A DNA stretch of 64,000 nucleotides, from NCBI GenBank assembly GCA_965222095.1, contig CBDCTD010000002.1, forward strand, positions 332,626-396,625, read 5' to 3'. The notes beneath the pieces are model-generated. The model was given only the letters and a program-made list of their open reading frames with translations. It was not told the DNA's origin and ran no database searches. The translations under genes were made by a program, and so were the position numbers. Positions 29,554 to 38,739 of the stretch are shown here, in pieces; positions within the stretch are counted from its first letter, which is position 1; each line of letters starts with the position of its first letter. The stretch is from Bryobacterales bacterium. GTDB lineage: Bacteria; Acidobacteriota; Terriglobia; Bryobacterales; UBA6623.

Positions 29554-30756
29554 CTAGGAGAACAAAAGGTACGGATTCTCCAATAGGCTCTTCAGTGTCT
29601 TGAGGAAATCAGCCGCGACTGCACCATCTACGGCGCGGTGATCGACATTGACCGTCACCTGCATCGTCGGTCGAAGCGCGATCTGGTCATTCGCTTTTAC
29701 CGCCCTGTCCGTAACCGTTCCGACGGATAGGATGCCGATCTCCGGCGGGTTCACAATCGCCGTAAATTGTTCGACACCGAACATTCCCAAGTTCGAGATC
29801 GTGAACGTGCCGCCTTTGATCTCGTCCGATCGGAGGCGGCCGCTTCGCGCGCGCGAGAGTAGGTCCTGCATTTCAACGTGGACGTCAGTGAGCTTTTTGC
29901 GACCCACATCGCGGACGACCGGCACGATGAGTCCATCTTCCAGCGCCACCGCGATCCCCAGATGAATCGCGGAGTATTGATGGATCTCCTCATCCACGAA
30001 GTGGGCATTGAGGCGGGGGTGCTTTTCAAGAGCCGCGGCGGTCACTTTCGCCAGCACTGGCGTCATCTTGAGTGGCGCGCCGGTTTCGGACCCGACTTGG
30101 GAGCTGAGACGTTCGACCAACCGCTGTAGCTCCCCTACATCCACTGAGAGGGAAAGTGAGATGTGCGGCGCGGCCTGGGCGCTCTGCTGCATGCGCTCCG
30201 CGATGATTCTGCGTTTGCCCTTCAGCGGTATGATTTCGTATTCCTGTTCCGCAACGGACGGAGCTGCTGCCGCTCCTCGATGCTGTGCCACATCGGCGGC
30301 GAGCACGGCCCCATCGGGACCCGAGCCGCGCACACTCGCCAGTGAGACTCCCGCTTCCACGGCGAGCCGGCGCGCCTTGGGCGAGGCCAGTGGCAGTTTT
30401 CCGACGGTAGGCTGTGCGGCTTGTGACGGCGCTTGCGCGGCTCCGTCCGCCGAGACAGAGCTTTCGGCGGCGGGGGCCGCAACGGTTTCAGCCACAGCTC
30501 CCTCGGGGGCGCTTTCGCCTTCCGCGAGCAGTACCGCCACTACCTGTCCAACGGGGATCTCGTCGCCCTCCTTGGCGCTGACGTTCGCCAGGGTTCCCGA
30601 TCCCGGAGCTTCAAACTCGAAGACCGTCTTGTCGGTTTCGATCTCCATCACGGGCTCGCCCTGTTTTACGAACTCTCCCTCGGCCTTGAGCCAGCGCACG
30701 AGAATGCCGCTGTCTTGGGCCATTTCGACCGCGGGCATGACGATTTCAACTGCCAC
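29554..30756 (-). CDS. Dihydrolipoamide acyltransferase E2 (AcoC/PdhC-like)
   Basis: One lipoyl domain (ETDKT), E1/E3-binding ASPKARRLA, TFTISNLG, catalytic DHRAVDG. Confidence 0.92.
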   Translation of the reverse strand: MAVEIVMPAVEMAQDSGILVRWLKAEGEFVKQGEPVMEIETDKTVFEFEAPGSGTLANVSAKEGDEIPVGQVVAVLLAEGESAPEGAVAETVAAPAAESSVSADGAAQAPSQAAQPTVGKLPLASPKARRLAVEAGVSLASVRGSGPDGAVLAADVAQHRGAAAAPSVAEQEYEIIPLKGKRRIIAERMQQSAQAAPHISLSLSVDVGELQRLVERLSSQVGSETGAPLKMTPVLAKVTAAALEKHPRLNAHFVDEEIHQYSAIHLGIAVALEDGLIVPVVRDVGRKKLTDVHVEMQDLLSRARSGRLRSDEIKGGTFTISNLGMFGVEQFTAIVNPPEIGILSVGTVTDRAVKANDQIALRPTMQVTVNVDHRAVDGAVAADFLKTLKSLLENPYLLFS

Positions 30757-30765
30757 GAATCCTCC

Positions 30766-31767
30766 TTAGCGCCCGAGCATTTCTCGGGCAACGCCGACAA
30801 CGCCCTCAGTATTCGGAATTGTCTGGTCTTCCAAAGTGGGAGCGAAAGGAACAGGTACATCCATCGCTGCGATGCGCCGAACGGGGGCGTCAAGATGATA
30901 AAACGCCTTCTCGGCGATGACGGATCCCAGCTCGGCCGTTGCGCCGAACCGCCGGTAACCTTCGTCGAGGACGATGCAGCGGGACGTCTTCTTGGCCGAC
31001 GCCACGAGCGTTTCTTCGTCCAGCGGCGTCAGGGTTCGGGGGTCAATCACCTCCGCCTCGATCCCGTCCTCTGCCAGCTTGTCAGCCGCTTCGAGCGCAA
31101 CGTGAACCATGCTGGAAGTAGCGACGATTGTGAGGTCTTGTCCTTCTCTTTTCGTGTCCGCGACGCCAAAAGGAATCGCGTATTCCTCGCTGGGATCCGG
31201 GACGGCCCCTTTCTGCTGGTACATCATCTTGTCCTCAAAGAACACGACAGGGTTGTTGTCGCGGATGGCCGTTTTCAGTAAGCCCTTTGCGTCGTAGGGC
31301 GTTGAAGGCAATGCGACCTTGAGACCGGGTATGTGCGAAACCCAGGCTTGCAGACTCTGCGAATGCTGCGCGGCGGCGCGCCGTCCGGCCCCCATCGTTG
31401 TGCGAACGACGAGCGGAACGGTGAATTTCCCCCCGGACATGTAGTGGATCTTGGCCGCCTGGTTGACGAGCTGATCCATCGACAACGTCATGAAATCCCC
31501 GAACATGATTTCGACAATCGGGCGGATGCCTGTCAGGGCGCCGCCGACGGCGAGGCCGGTGAATCCGGCTTCTGAAATCGGGGTATCGATGACGCGCGCC
31601 GGCCCGAATTCGTCCAGGATTCCCTGTGTGACCTTGAGGACCCCGCCGGGCGCTGCGACGTCCTCGCCCAAGAGGACCACGGTTTCATCCCGGCGCATTT
31701 CCTCGCGGATGGCCTCATTGATGGCCTCCGAGATGGTGATCTGCCTACCGTTAGTCGGCGTAGACAT
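30766..31767 (-). CDS. TPP-dependent dehydrogenase E1 beta (AcoB-like)
   Basis: LGEDV, DTPISEAGF, EIMFGDF, AAQHSQS, PGLKV. Confidence 0.93.
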   Translation of the reverse strand: MSTPTNGRQITISEAINEAIREEMRRDETVVLLGEDVAAPGGVLKVTQGILDEFGPARVIDTPISEAGFTGLAVGGALTGIRPIVEIMFGDFMTLSMDQLVNQAAKIHYMSGGKFTVPLVVRTTMGAGRRAAAQHSQSLQAWVSHIPGLKVALPSTPYDAKGLLKTAIRDNNPVVFFEDKMMYQQKGAVPDPSEEYAIPFGVADTKREGQDLTIVATSSMVHVALEAADKLAEDGIEAEVIDPRTLTPLDEETLVASAKKTSRCIVLDEGYRRFGATAELGSVIAEKAFYHLDAPVRRIAAMDVPVPFAPTLEDQTIPNTEGVVGVAREMLGR

Positions 31768-32743
31768 GTCGTGTGACCTCCTCGGCTTCCGGAAACGGAG
31801 CCTGCTTCGCGTATTTGACGGCCGCTTCCACCTCCGCGGCCACCTCTTTCCCGATGGATTCTAGGTCAGCTTCGCTCGCGTGTCCGGCGCTGCTGATTTT
31901 GCCGGCAAGGCGATCGATGGGATCACGTTGTTCGCGCCATTCCCGCTCTTCCTCTCGCGTGCGATAGGCGCGCTGGATGTCGCTCATGCCGTGTCCGCCA
32001 TGGCGGTAGGTCTCCAAGACGAGGAAACTCGGGCCCTGGCCGGCGCGCCCCCGATCGACAGCTTCCAGAGCCGCTTCACGGACGGCGAGGACGTCCATCC
32101 CATCTACCGTTGATGACGCAATGTCGAATGCTTTGCCGCGCTCTATGATGTTCCCCGCGGTTACATTTTGCATGGGCGTGTACTCGCCGTATTGGTTGTT
32201 TTCGCAGGCGTAGATGACCGGTAGCTTCCATATGGAGGCCATGTTCAGGGATTCGAGCAGCACTCCTTGATTCGCTGCTCCGTCACCGAAGAAACAAACC
32301 GCCACCTGGTCCGTCTTTCGGACCTTGGCGCTGAAAGCGGCCCCGGTAGCGATCGGTATGCTGCCCCCGACGATGGCGTTGGCGCCCAGGTTGCCCATTT
32401 CCTGATTGGCAATGTGCATCGAGCCGCCCTTGCCCCGGCAGTAGCCGGCCTCTTTGCCGAACAGCTCGGCGAACATGCGGCCCATGTCGGCGCCTTTGGC
32501 CAAGCAGTGTCCGTGACCACGGTGCGTGCTGGTGATGTAATCGTCCGCCCGAAGAGCCGAGCAGACGCCCACGGCAACCGCCTCTTGCCCGATGGAGACG
32601 TGTGCAATGCCGATGATCACCGTGCCGCGATAGAGTTCCTGGACCTTGCCTTCAAAGGTGCGAATGGTGACCATTCGGGTGTAAAGGTCCAGGAGTTGGT
32701 CCTTCGTTACGTCTTTGTCGATTACTGCGGAAGTGTTTGTCAT
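31751..32743 (-). CDS. TPP-dependent dehydrogenase E1 alpha (AcoA-like)
   Basis: GQEA, STHRGHGH, GKGGSMH, TPP motif GDGA...ENN. Confidence 0.93.
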   Translation of the reverse strand: MTNTSAVIDKDVTKDQLLDLYTRMVTIRTFEGKVQELYRGTVIIGIAHVSIGQEAVAVGVCSALRADDYITSTHRGHGHCLAKGADMGRMFAELFGKEAGYCRGKGGSMHIANQEMGNLGANAIVGGSIPIATGAAFSAKVRKTDQVAVCFFGDGAANQGVLLESLNMASIWKLPVIYACENNQYGEYTPMQNVTAGNIIERGKAFDIASSTVDGMDVLAVREAALEAVDRGRAGQGPSFLVLETYRHGGHGMSDIQRAYRTREEEREWREQRDPIDRLAGKISSAGHASEADLESIGKEVAAEVEAAVKYAKQAPFPEAEEVTRHVYAD

Positions 32744-32957
32744 TGTGATACTCGTCTGTTCGTCCCAAAGTCGCCGGCGCTGGTTTCCTAGATCAGGGCG
32801 CGTGATTCCACGCCGCGCGGGTGAAACTCACCACAGAGCCACGCCCGTGAGGGCAGGGGCCCTGGGCCCGCAAGCTCACGCTTGCGGCTCTGTTTCAGTG
32901 TTCGCTTCGCATTCTTGCGGTCGCGGCTGTACGGCTCTCAGCGGCGCCTATCGCGGC

Positions 32958-33233
32958 TCACTCCTTGCCGGCTATGCCGCTCCATTGTCGCTCAAGTTCG
33001 CTTACCAGCGCGTCCAGAACTTCCTCGGTACTTCCCGGCCTTTCCTGCTTAGCGCTCCACTGCCACTGGTTGAGGTAGTCATCCGTCCCCGCCAGCCCTT
33101 CTTCCATTGCCACGCGGTCGATCTCTTCCTGGAAGTAAGAGGGCAGCGGTCGCGACACCGGCCTGCGGCCGTGTTCGGATACTTTCACCTGGGCCGGGAT
33201 GTCTTTCCAGTAAAGAACCTGGTAGATCGCCAT
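32958..33233 (-). CDS. Small 'virulence factor' (CvfA/B-like) domain protein associated with methyl-transfer clusters
   Basis: YWKDIPAQV...FQEEIDRVAM...DDYLNQW pattern, recalled from family knowledge; ATG 33233. Confidence 0.75.
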   Translation of the reverse strand: MAIYQVLYWKDIPAQVKVSEHGRRPVSRPLPSYFQEEIDRVAMEEGLAGTDDYLNQWQWSAKQERPGSTEEVLDALVSELERQWSGIAGKE

Positions 33234-33249
33234 CGCCAAGAGATTCCTT

Positions 33250-34302
33250 TCAATTTGCTTTAGCCGGTTGCAGCTCTCCTTTTCGATAGGCGCGGAGGAA
33301 TTTCTTGCAAAAGCGATCACGGCCCAGCAGCATGTCCTCGGCCAGCTTGTAGCGCGCCGTGGTTTTGTCGATCGAGAAGACTTCGTTCATCTTGCCCGTA
33401 ACGGGGTCGACGATGCCACTGTCGGCGCCGGCATCCACCGCCAAGTTGGCGAAGGCGTCATTGATCAACCGGCGGCTCGGCAGTCCGAACGATACGTTAC
33501 TGAATCCTCCGGTGATGTGAATCTCGGGACCGCACTTCTGTCGCAGCTCGCGGACGGCGTCGAAATAATGATTGCAAAATTCACCGTCGACCGATATTGG
33601 GAACACGAGCCCGTCGACGTAGATCTTGCTCAATGGGATGCCCTTTTCGACGGCGGCGTCGACCATGCGGGAGGCGTTTGTCACGCGCTGCTCATCGTTC
33701 TGCGGCATGCCCGACTCGCCGGCCGCCGTAGCGATGACGGGATGGCCACCTGCCTGGGCCAAGTCCAGCGCCTCGACTCGTTCGAGAGACGCCGAGTTCA
33801 ACATCGGGGTTCCGGCTTGAGACCGGCAGGCCGCCAGACCGGCTTCGATGATCTCGATGTTGGACGAATCCACCGACACTGGGACCGGTGCGAGCGGCTC
33901 CACGAATTCTACCAACCAACGAATGGCCGCCTTTTGGTCGTCAAGCGATATGGAAATTTCGTCGACGTTGAGGTCTAAGAAATCCGCGCCCGCATCAACT
34001 TGGCGCTGGACGATGGTGGCGATGTATTCCCGCCCTTCGCCGGCAGCAGGCTCCTCGCCTGACATAGCAGCCTGCACGGCGATCTTGACGTGCTTGACGC
34101 GGCCCTCGTCGTAGTCTTGGGTTTTCTTCGCCTTTTCGGGGATGATCAGAAAGCGCGTTTCCCCGTCACGCGCAACGTAGCGAACCGCCTCGTTGCCCGC
34201 GGGGTCGGTCGTTACTCGTTTGCCCTTGCGAAGCACAATCCGCGTGCAGTGAGTATTTTCTCCGATGACCATGAACTCTCGATCCAGTCCGGCGACTTTC
34301 AT
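33250..34302 (-). CDS. Methyltetrahydrofolate:corrinoid methyltransferase (AcsE/MetH pterin-binding fold)
   Basis: IGEN, GADFLDLNVD, SVDSSN, LNSAS, DGLVFPI, GFSNVSFGLP, GIVDP. Confidence 0.85.
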   Translation of the reverse strand: MKVAGLDREFMVIGENTHCTRIVLRKGKRVTTDPAGNEAVRYVARDGETRFLIIPEKAKKTQDYDEGRVKHVKIAVQAAMSGEEPAAGEGREYIATIVQRQVDAGADFLDLNVDEISISLDDQKAAIRWLVEFVEPLAPVPVSVDSSNIEIIEAGLAACRSQAGTPMLNSASLERVEALDLAQAGGHPVIATAAGESGMPQNDEQRVTNASRMVDAAVEKGIPLSKIYVDGLVFPISVDGEFCNHYFDAVRELRQKCGPEIHITGGFSNVSFGLPSRRLINDAFANLAVDAGADSGIVDPVTGKMNEVFSIDKTTARYKLAEDMLLGRDRFCKKFLRAYRKGELQPAKAN

Positions 34303-35924
34303 TCCGAGTTGTCCTCGTTTCGGCTCACTTTGGCGTGATGATCACGCTCCAGGAAGGTATTGGCCCAGGCGCTGGTTCCCTTGAGGGCGCCATCTCGAAA
34401 CACGACGGGCCGGCCGATGAGCTTATCTTCTTCGCCGTAGCCCTTCAATCGATCATAGGCACGCGACCATATGCAGTCCTTCTCGCCGACTTCGCATTTG
34501 CCTCCCGGCCGCGTTCCTCCGCACGGCCCGTTGCGCTGGTTTTTGACGCACTGTGACTCCGGGCAGAGGAAAGCGATCTCGGGGAGGGCGCAGTCGCCGC
34601 AGTCCTTGCAGTCAAAAGCTGCGATCTTGAGCGCTTGTTCGGCGCCGTGCATGGCTGCCCGCACGCCATGGCCTGCACGCTCCACCCTTTCGTAGATAGC
34701 TCGGCCTGCACGGAATCCTAGGGTCCCTTTCTCGAACACCTTGTCGTGCGCGAGGCGATTGAATCTGTAGGCGATCGGCGCCTTCCGTCGGGCGGCCCGC
34801 AGGCCCTCGGGCGTTTTCGACTGTGCGTAGCGGCGATTAACCTCGGTTGAGCTGAGGCCCGTCTCGGGATCCCGCTCGAAGTGGTAGAACTCGTCGGGCT
34901 GATGGAACAGAATTTCGCGAGCAAACTGTTTCCAGTCATCCTCCGCGAAGCCAGCCGCCAGGCTGAGGATTTTTTCGTAGTCCTTGTATCGCAGGTGCCC
35001 TCCCAGGTACACGCCGCGAAAACCCAACCCGCGTGCCACCGCGCACTGCTTGGCGGCCAGTTCCAGGAAAAACGCCTTGCCGCGGTCGGGGGAAGCGGCT
35101 TGCTTTTCCGCGATACGAAACAGCTCATCGGGCAGTACAACTCCGGGGATATTCCCTCCGTGAAAGAACCGAGCCGCGGGCACGCTGAGCACATAGACGT
35201 TCGCTAGCACCGGGGCGTTCAGTTCGTGCATCCGCATGTACTTGAGCAACTCGTCTTGCTTACGAGAGTCGTAGCCGATCTGGTTGATGATGAACGCCGC
35301 CCCGTTTTCGACCTTCTTCGCCAGTTTGAAATACTGCGGCATGACTTCCCGCTCGGCCTGCTTGTAATTGTTGACGACGGCCCCGAGGAAGAAATTGGTC
35401 TGTTCGAGAGGTTTCTCCGGCCGCGCGTCCCCGTTCGAGAGCCGGACACCGGCGTTCATGTCGGAGTACATGCGAAGAAGTCCGATCGAATCGATATCGA
35501 ATACGCCCGCCGCCTGGCCCTGGTAGCTGGGCGTGGGACAGTCGCCGGAAAGCGCCAGGACGTTGTCGAACCCCTCGCTGGCCAGCTTCCAGCCGCGGCT
35601 TTGGAGCGCATTGCGATTCCAGTCTTTGCACGACAGGTGAATGATGACCTCTTGTCCGCGGGAGATAAGATCGGTACCCAAGGTGTCGGCGCTCAACATG
35701 GCGTTGCCGCCGGGGTTGTCCGTGATGCTGAGGGCGTGGACCTGGGGATGCTCGGCAAGCGCTCGGGCAAGAGACAGCACTTTCCTTCCCCGTCGCTCGG
35801 TAATCAGGCCTCGGGAGGTGACCAGCTCCGCGCAGGTGACAAAGGTCTCGCTCTGCTGGAGGAGGCGGCGCAGCGACGGCTTGGTCCAAGCATCCGTTCG
35901 CGGGGTCGTGTGAGCCGTGGCCAA
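34299..35924 (-). CDS. metF: Methylenetetrahydrofolate reductase MetF fused to a C-terminal MetV-like Cys-rich domain
   Basis: SITDNPGG, HLSCKDWN, LALSGD, KKVENGAAFIINQ; C-terminus CKDCGDC...CPESQCVKNQRNGPCGG...CEV...CIW. Confidence 0.88.
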   Translation of the reverse strand: MATAHTTPRTDAWTKPSLRRLLQQSETFVTCAELVTSRGLITERRGRKVLSLARALAEHPQVHALSITDNPGGNAMLSADTLGTDLISRGQEVIIHLSCKDWNRNALQSRGWKLASEGFDNVLALSGDCPTPSYQGQAAGVFDIDSIGLLRMYSDMNAGVRLSNGDARPEKPLEQTNFFLGAVVNNYKQAEREVMPQYFKLAKKVENGAAFIINQIGYDSRKQDELLKYMRMHELNAPVLANVYVLSVPAARFFHGGNIPGVVLPDELFRIAEKQAASPDRGKAFFLELAAKQCAVARGLGFRGVYLGGHLRYKDYEKILSLAAGFAEDDWKQFAREILFHQPDEFYHFERDPETGLSSTEVNRRYAQSKTPEGLRAARRKAPIAYRFNRLAHDKVFEKGTLGFRAGRAIYERVERAGHGVRAAMHGAEQALKIAAFDCKDCGDCALPEIAFLCPESQCVKNQRNGPCGGTRPGGKCEVGEKDCIWSRAYDRLKGYGEEDKLIGRPVVFRDGALKGTSAWANTFLERDHHAKVSRNEDNSE

Positions 35925-35943
35925 GGCTATCTACCGTATCCTT

Positions 35944-37581
35944 TCAAGCAACCGCCGAGAAGTCGAAATCCGCCGGCATGGGTTTGAATTGACAGGCCTC
36001 GACGAAGATCTCAAAGAAATCGGGCGTAGTCTCTAACTCCACATGTTCGATTTGTTGCGCCAGCTTCTCGATCGATTGGCGCTTGGAACGCGATAGCAGC
36101 ATCTCTTTGGCGCCCAGCGCCGCGGCGTTGCCGATCTTGACAATACGGTCCTCCGGCACCGGAGCCAGAAAACCGATCTCGATCGCATTCCTGACGTTGA
36201 CGTAGTTCGCAAAGCCGCCCGCGAGGTAAAGCTTGCTGATGTCCGCGGGCCGAACGCCGTAGTTGCGCATGACGATGAACTGTCCGCAATAGTTCGCCGC
36301 CTTGGCCTGCGCCAGATTGCTGGCGTCGAGACGTGAAAGGGTGATCCCATATTCGGGAACGATGTCGAGTTCCCGTGCCTTGTTCGGGAAGACGCCTTTC
36401 GGGGTCATTTGTTCGCGCCGGCGAAGTTCGGCCAGCAGATCGACGAGGCCCGATCCACACAGCCCGCGCGGCTCGCCGCCCCCAATCGTGCTGTAGTCCG
36501 CACGACCGTTTTTGAGACGAAGGGACTCGATCGCTCCGTCGACACCAGGCATTCCGTACTTGACCAGCCCACCCTCGAAAGCGGGTCCCGCCGGACACGA
36601 TGCCGCCATGAGCTTCCCGGCGTGTCCCAGCACAACCTCGGTATTGGTCCCCACATCGACAACCATGACGACTTCGCGCTGCGATTCGATATCAACCGCC
36701 ACTAAGTCCGCCAGCATGTCCGCTCCCACGTGGCTGGCGATCAGCGGAGCCCCGAATACGACCGCCTTCGGGTGAGACCAGATGCCGAGCCGGTGCGCTC
36801 TCTCTGTGAGCGTAGTCGTCTTGCGTTCGCCGGCCAGGTACTCGTGCTCGATTTGCGACTTGTACGGACGCTGGCCGATCGATTGCACATCCAAATTGAA
36901 GAACAGGTCGCGCATGGTGGAATTTCCCACCACGACAATTTCAAAGATCCGATGACGAGGGAACCCAAGCTCTCGGCACATGGTCTTCAACTGATGATTG
37001 AGCGTGCTAATCACCGACTTATGAAGTTCCCCCTGAAAAGGTCCACCGTCGTAGGAGATGCGGTGCATCACATCGCTGCCGCCAAAGCGCTGGGGGTTCT
37101 CGAAGGAAGCTAAGTAGACGCCCTCCCCCGTTTCGAGGTCGACCAGCTCGGCCACCACGGTGGTCGTGCCGAGGTCGACGGCCAAGCCGTACATCTTGCC
37201 CTGGTAGCGGTCAATCACCTCGCCGTCGTAGCAGACATTGTCGCCTTCGCGAGCCACGATCGGGTCGAGCGTGATGTTCTTCGGCAGCGAAGCGGTGAGA
37301 ATCTTGGGCTGGCTGCGAAGCAGCGAAAACCGGACATCTTCGTCGGGGTTTTCAATCACGGCCTGGCAGGCGAGGCGGTAGTCGCCGCGCAAAAACTCCT
37401 CCGCCTCGCTCGGAGCGCTCAGTGCCTCATGGCCACGATTAACCTCCACGATGCACTCGTGGCAGACGCCGGTGCGCCCGCAAGAGGTGGGCACCTGGAT
37501 GGCCAGCTCGTCGGCATAGTCGAAGATGGTCCTTCCGCCCACAAGAGGGCGCTTTAGACCGTCGTAGGATATCTCTCCCAT
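35944..37581 (-). CDS. ASKHA-domain corrinoid reductive activator (RACE/RamA/AcsV-like) with N-terminal 2Fe-2S domain
   Basis: CGRTGVCHEC...RLACQ, DLGTTT, DVGTNTE, SCPAGPAFEG, GLCGSGL, LAGGF, GNAA. Confidence 0.9.
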   Translation of the reverse strand: MGEISYDGLKRPLVGGRTIFDYADELAIQVPTSCGRTGVCHECIVEVNRGHEALSAPSEAEEFLRGDYRLACQAVIENPDEDVRFSLLRSQPKILTASLPKNITLDPIVAREGDNVCYDGEVIDRYQGKMYGLAVDLGTTTVVAELVDLETGEGVYLASFENPQRFGGSDVMHRISYDGGPFQGELHKSVISTLNHQLKTMCRELGFPRHRIFEIVVVGNSTMRDLFFNLDVQSIGQRPYKSQIEHEYLAGERKTTTLTERAHRLGIWSHPKAVVFGAPLIASHVGADMLADLVAVDIESQREVVMVVDVGTNTEVVLGHAGKLMAASCPAGPAFEGGLVKYGMPGVDGAIESLRLKNGRADYSTIGGGEPRGLCGSGLVDLLAELRRREQMTPKGVFPNKARELDIVPEYGITLSRLDASNLAQAKAANYCGQFIVMRNYGVRPADISKLYLAGGFANYVNVRNAIEIGFLAPVPEDRIVKIGNAAALGAKEMLLSRSKRQSIEKLAQQIEHVELETTPDFFEIFVEACQFKPMPADFDFSAVA

Positions 37582-37705
37582 GGGGAACCGGGTCAGTGCG
37601 CGGAGGCCAACAGGTCTACGTGCCGCTCGCCGGCGAGTTGCCTTGCCGAACTATGCGCGCGCAAGCAAGCGATCGAGTACGCCTCGCGCGAGTTGCAGTC
37701 CGCCC

Positions 37706-37948
37706 CTACGTCGTCTCCCAGGCGCCGCGGTAATCGAGCTTGTCGTCACTTGCGCAGATCAGCAGCTCTCTTGAGCGCGCGGGTTTGCGCTGGTTCCTAC
37801 AGCCGAACTGCGCCGTGCACTGATCGAAGCGGTCCTTATAGGGACAGCGCTTGGCGGAGAACTCCTCGGCGTGCCGCATCATGTCGGTGAACATTTCCGT
37901 GATGCGGTCGAGCCGCTTTTGATACTCCGCTTTGTCGATCTTTTGCAT
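37706..37948 (-). CDS. Hypothetical 80-aa four-Cys protein
   Basis: Packed in the operon 8 nt after the corrinoid gene; CPYKDRFDQCTAQFGCRNQ...C. Confidence 0.75.
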   Translation of the reverse strand: MQKIDKAEYQKRLDRITEMFTDMMRHAEEFSAKRCPYKDRFDQCTAQFGCRNQRKPARSRELLICASDDKLDYRGAWETT

Positions 37949-37956
37949 GGCTCGGG

Positions 37957-38712
37957 TCAGGCTTCGACTTCTTGGGCCATCAGATCTTTGGCGAGTTCTA
38001 CGCAGGCAACAGCATCTTTGCCGTATCCGTCGGCTCCCATATCGTCGGCAAACTCCTGCGTGACGGGCGCGCCTCCCACCATGATCTTCACGTCGTCCCG
38101 GAGGTCTGCGTCGATGAAGGCTTCAATCGTTTTGCCCATGTTCGGCATCGTGGTCGTCAGCAGCGCCGACATGCCCAACAGCGGAGCTTCATGCTCTTCG
38201 ATCGCTTCGATGAATTCGTCCGACGAAGTGTCCACGCCCAGATCGACGACTTCGAATCCCGAGCCTCGCAGCATCATGATGCACAAGTTCTTGCCAATGT
38301 CGTGCAGGTCGCCTTTCACCGTTCCCATGACGACCTTGGCGATCGGTTTGATGCCCGAGGCAGATAGAATCGGTTCGATGTGGGCCATGCCCGCTTTCAT
38401 GGCGCGGGCGCAGGCAAGCACCTCGGGGACAAAGATAAAGTTTTCTCGGAACTTGATGCCCACGATCCCCATAGCCGCGATCAGGCCGTCGTCCATGACT
38501 TCGATTGCTTCGATGCCCTCTTCGAGGGCTTTGACCGTGAGCTTGTCGACAGTTTCGTTTTCGCCCTCGATTAGGGCCGCGCCGATCTCTTGCATACTGG
38601 CCCGAGCTTTGGCGAACGTGTTGACTATGCGCTCGCGCTCGTCGGGCCGCTCAATAAATTCTTCGATTTCGTCTCGGATGAGTTCGTTCGAGATGTCGCT
38701 GATGGATGCCAT
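37957..38712 (-). CDS. Corrinoid (cobalamin-binding) protein, MtbC/MttC/MtaC-like
   Basis: Cap domain (GLIAAMGIVG..F...FVPEV), B12 motif GDLHDIGKN, SALLTTTM, VGGAP. Confidence 0.93.
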   Translation of the reverse strand: MASISDISNELIRDEIEEFIERPDERERIVNTFAKARASMQEIGAALIEGENETVDKLTVKALEEGIEAIEVMDDGLIAAMGIVGIKFRENFIFVPEVLACARAMKAGMAHIEPILSASGIKPIAKVVMGTVKGDLHDIGKNLCIMMLRGSGFEVVDLGVDTSSDEFIEAIEEHEAPLLGMSALLTTTMPNMGKTIEAFIDADLRDDVKIMVGGAPVTQEFADDMGADGYGKDAVACVELAKDLMAQEVEA

Positions 38713-38739
38713 GCTTTCGTTTCGTCCTTAGAAGTTTTC

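Noticed and set aside
33250-38712. Calling the cluster a Wood-Ljungdahl pathway or a split methionine synthase
   Set aside because: No CODH/ACS or corrinoid Fe-S protein subunits and no homocysteine-binding or SAM-reactivation domain in the window; reactivation is ASKHA-type.
35226-38731. Long antisense ORFs (e.g. 35226-35987, 37871-38731; also 11519-12367, 21302-22087, 47428-48408)
   Set aside because: They are shadows of well-supported genes in GC-rich DNA with few stops, and carry no domain motifs.
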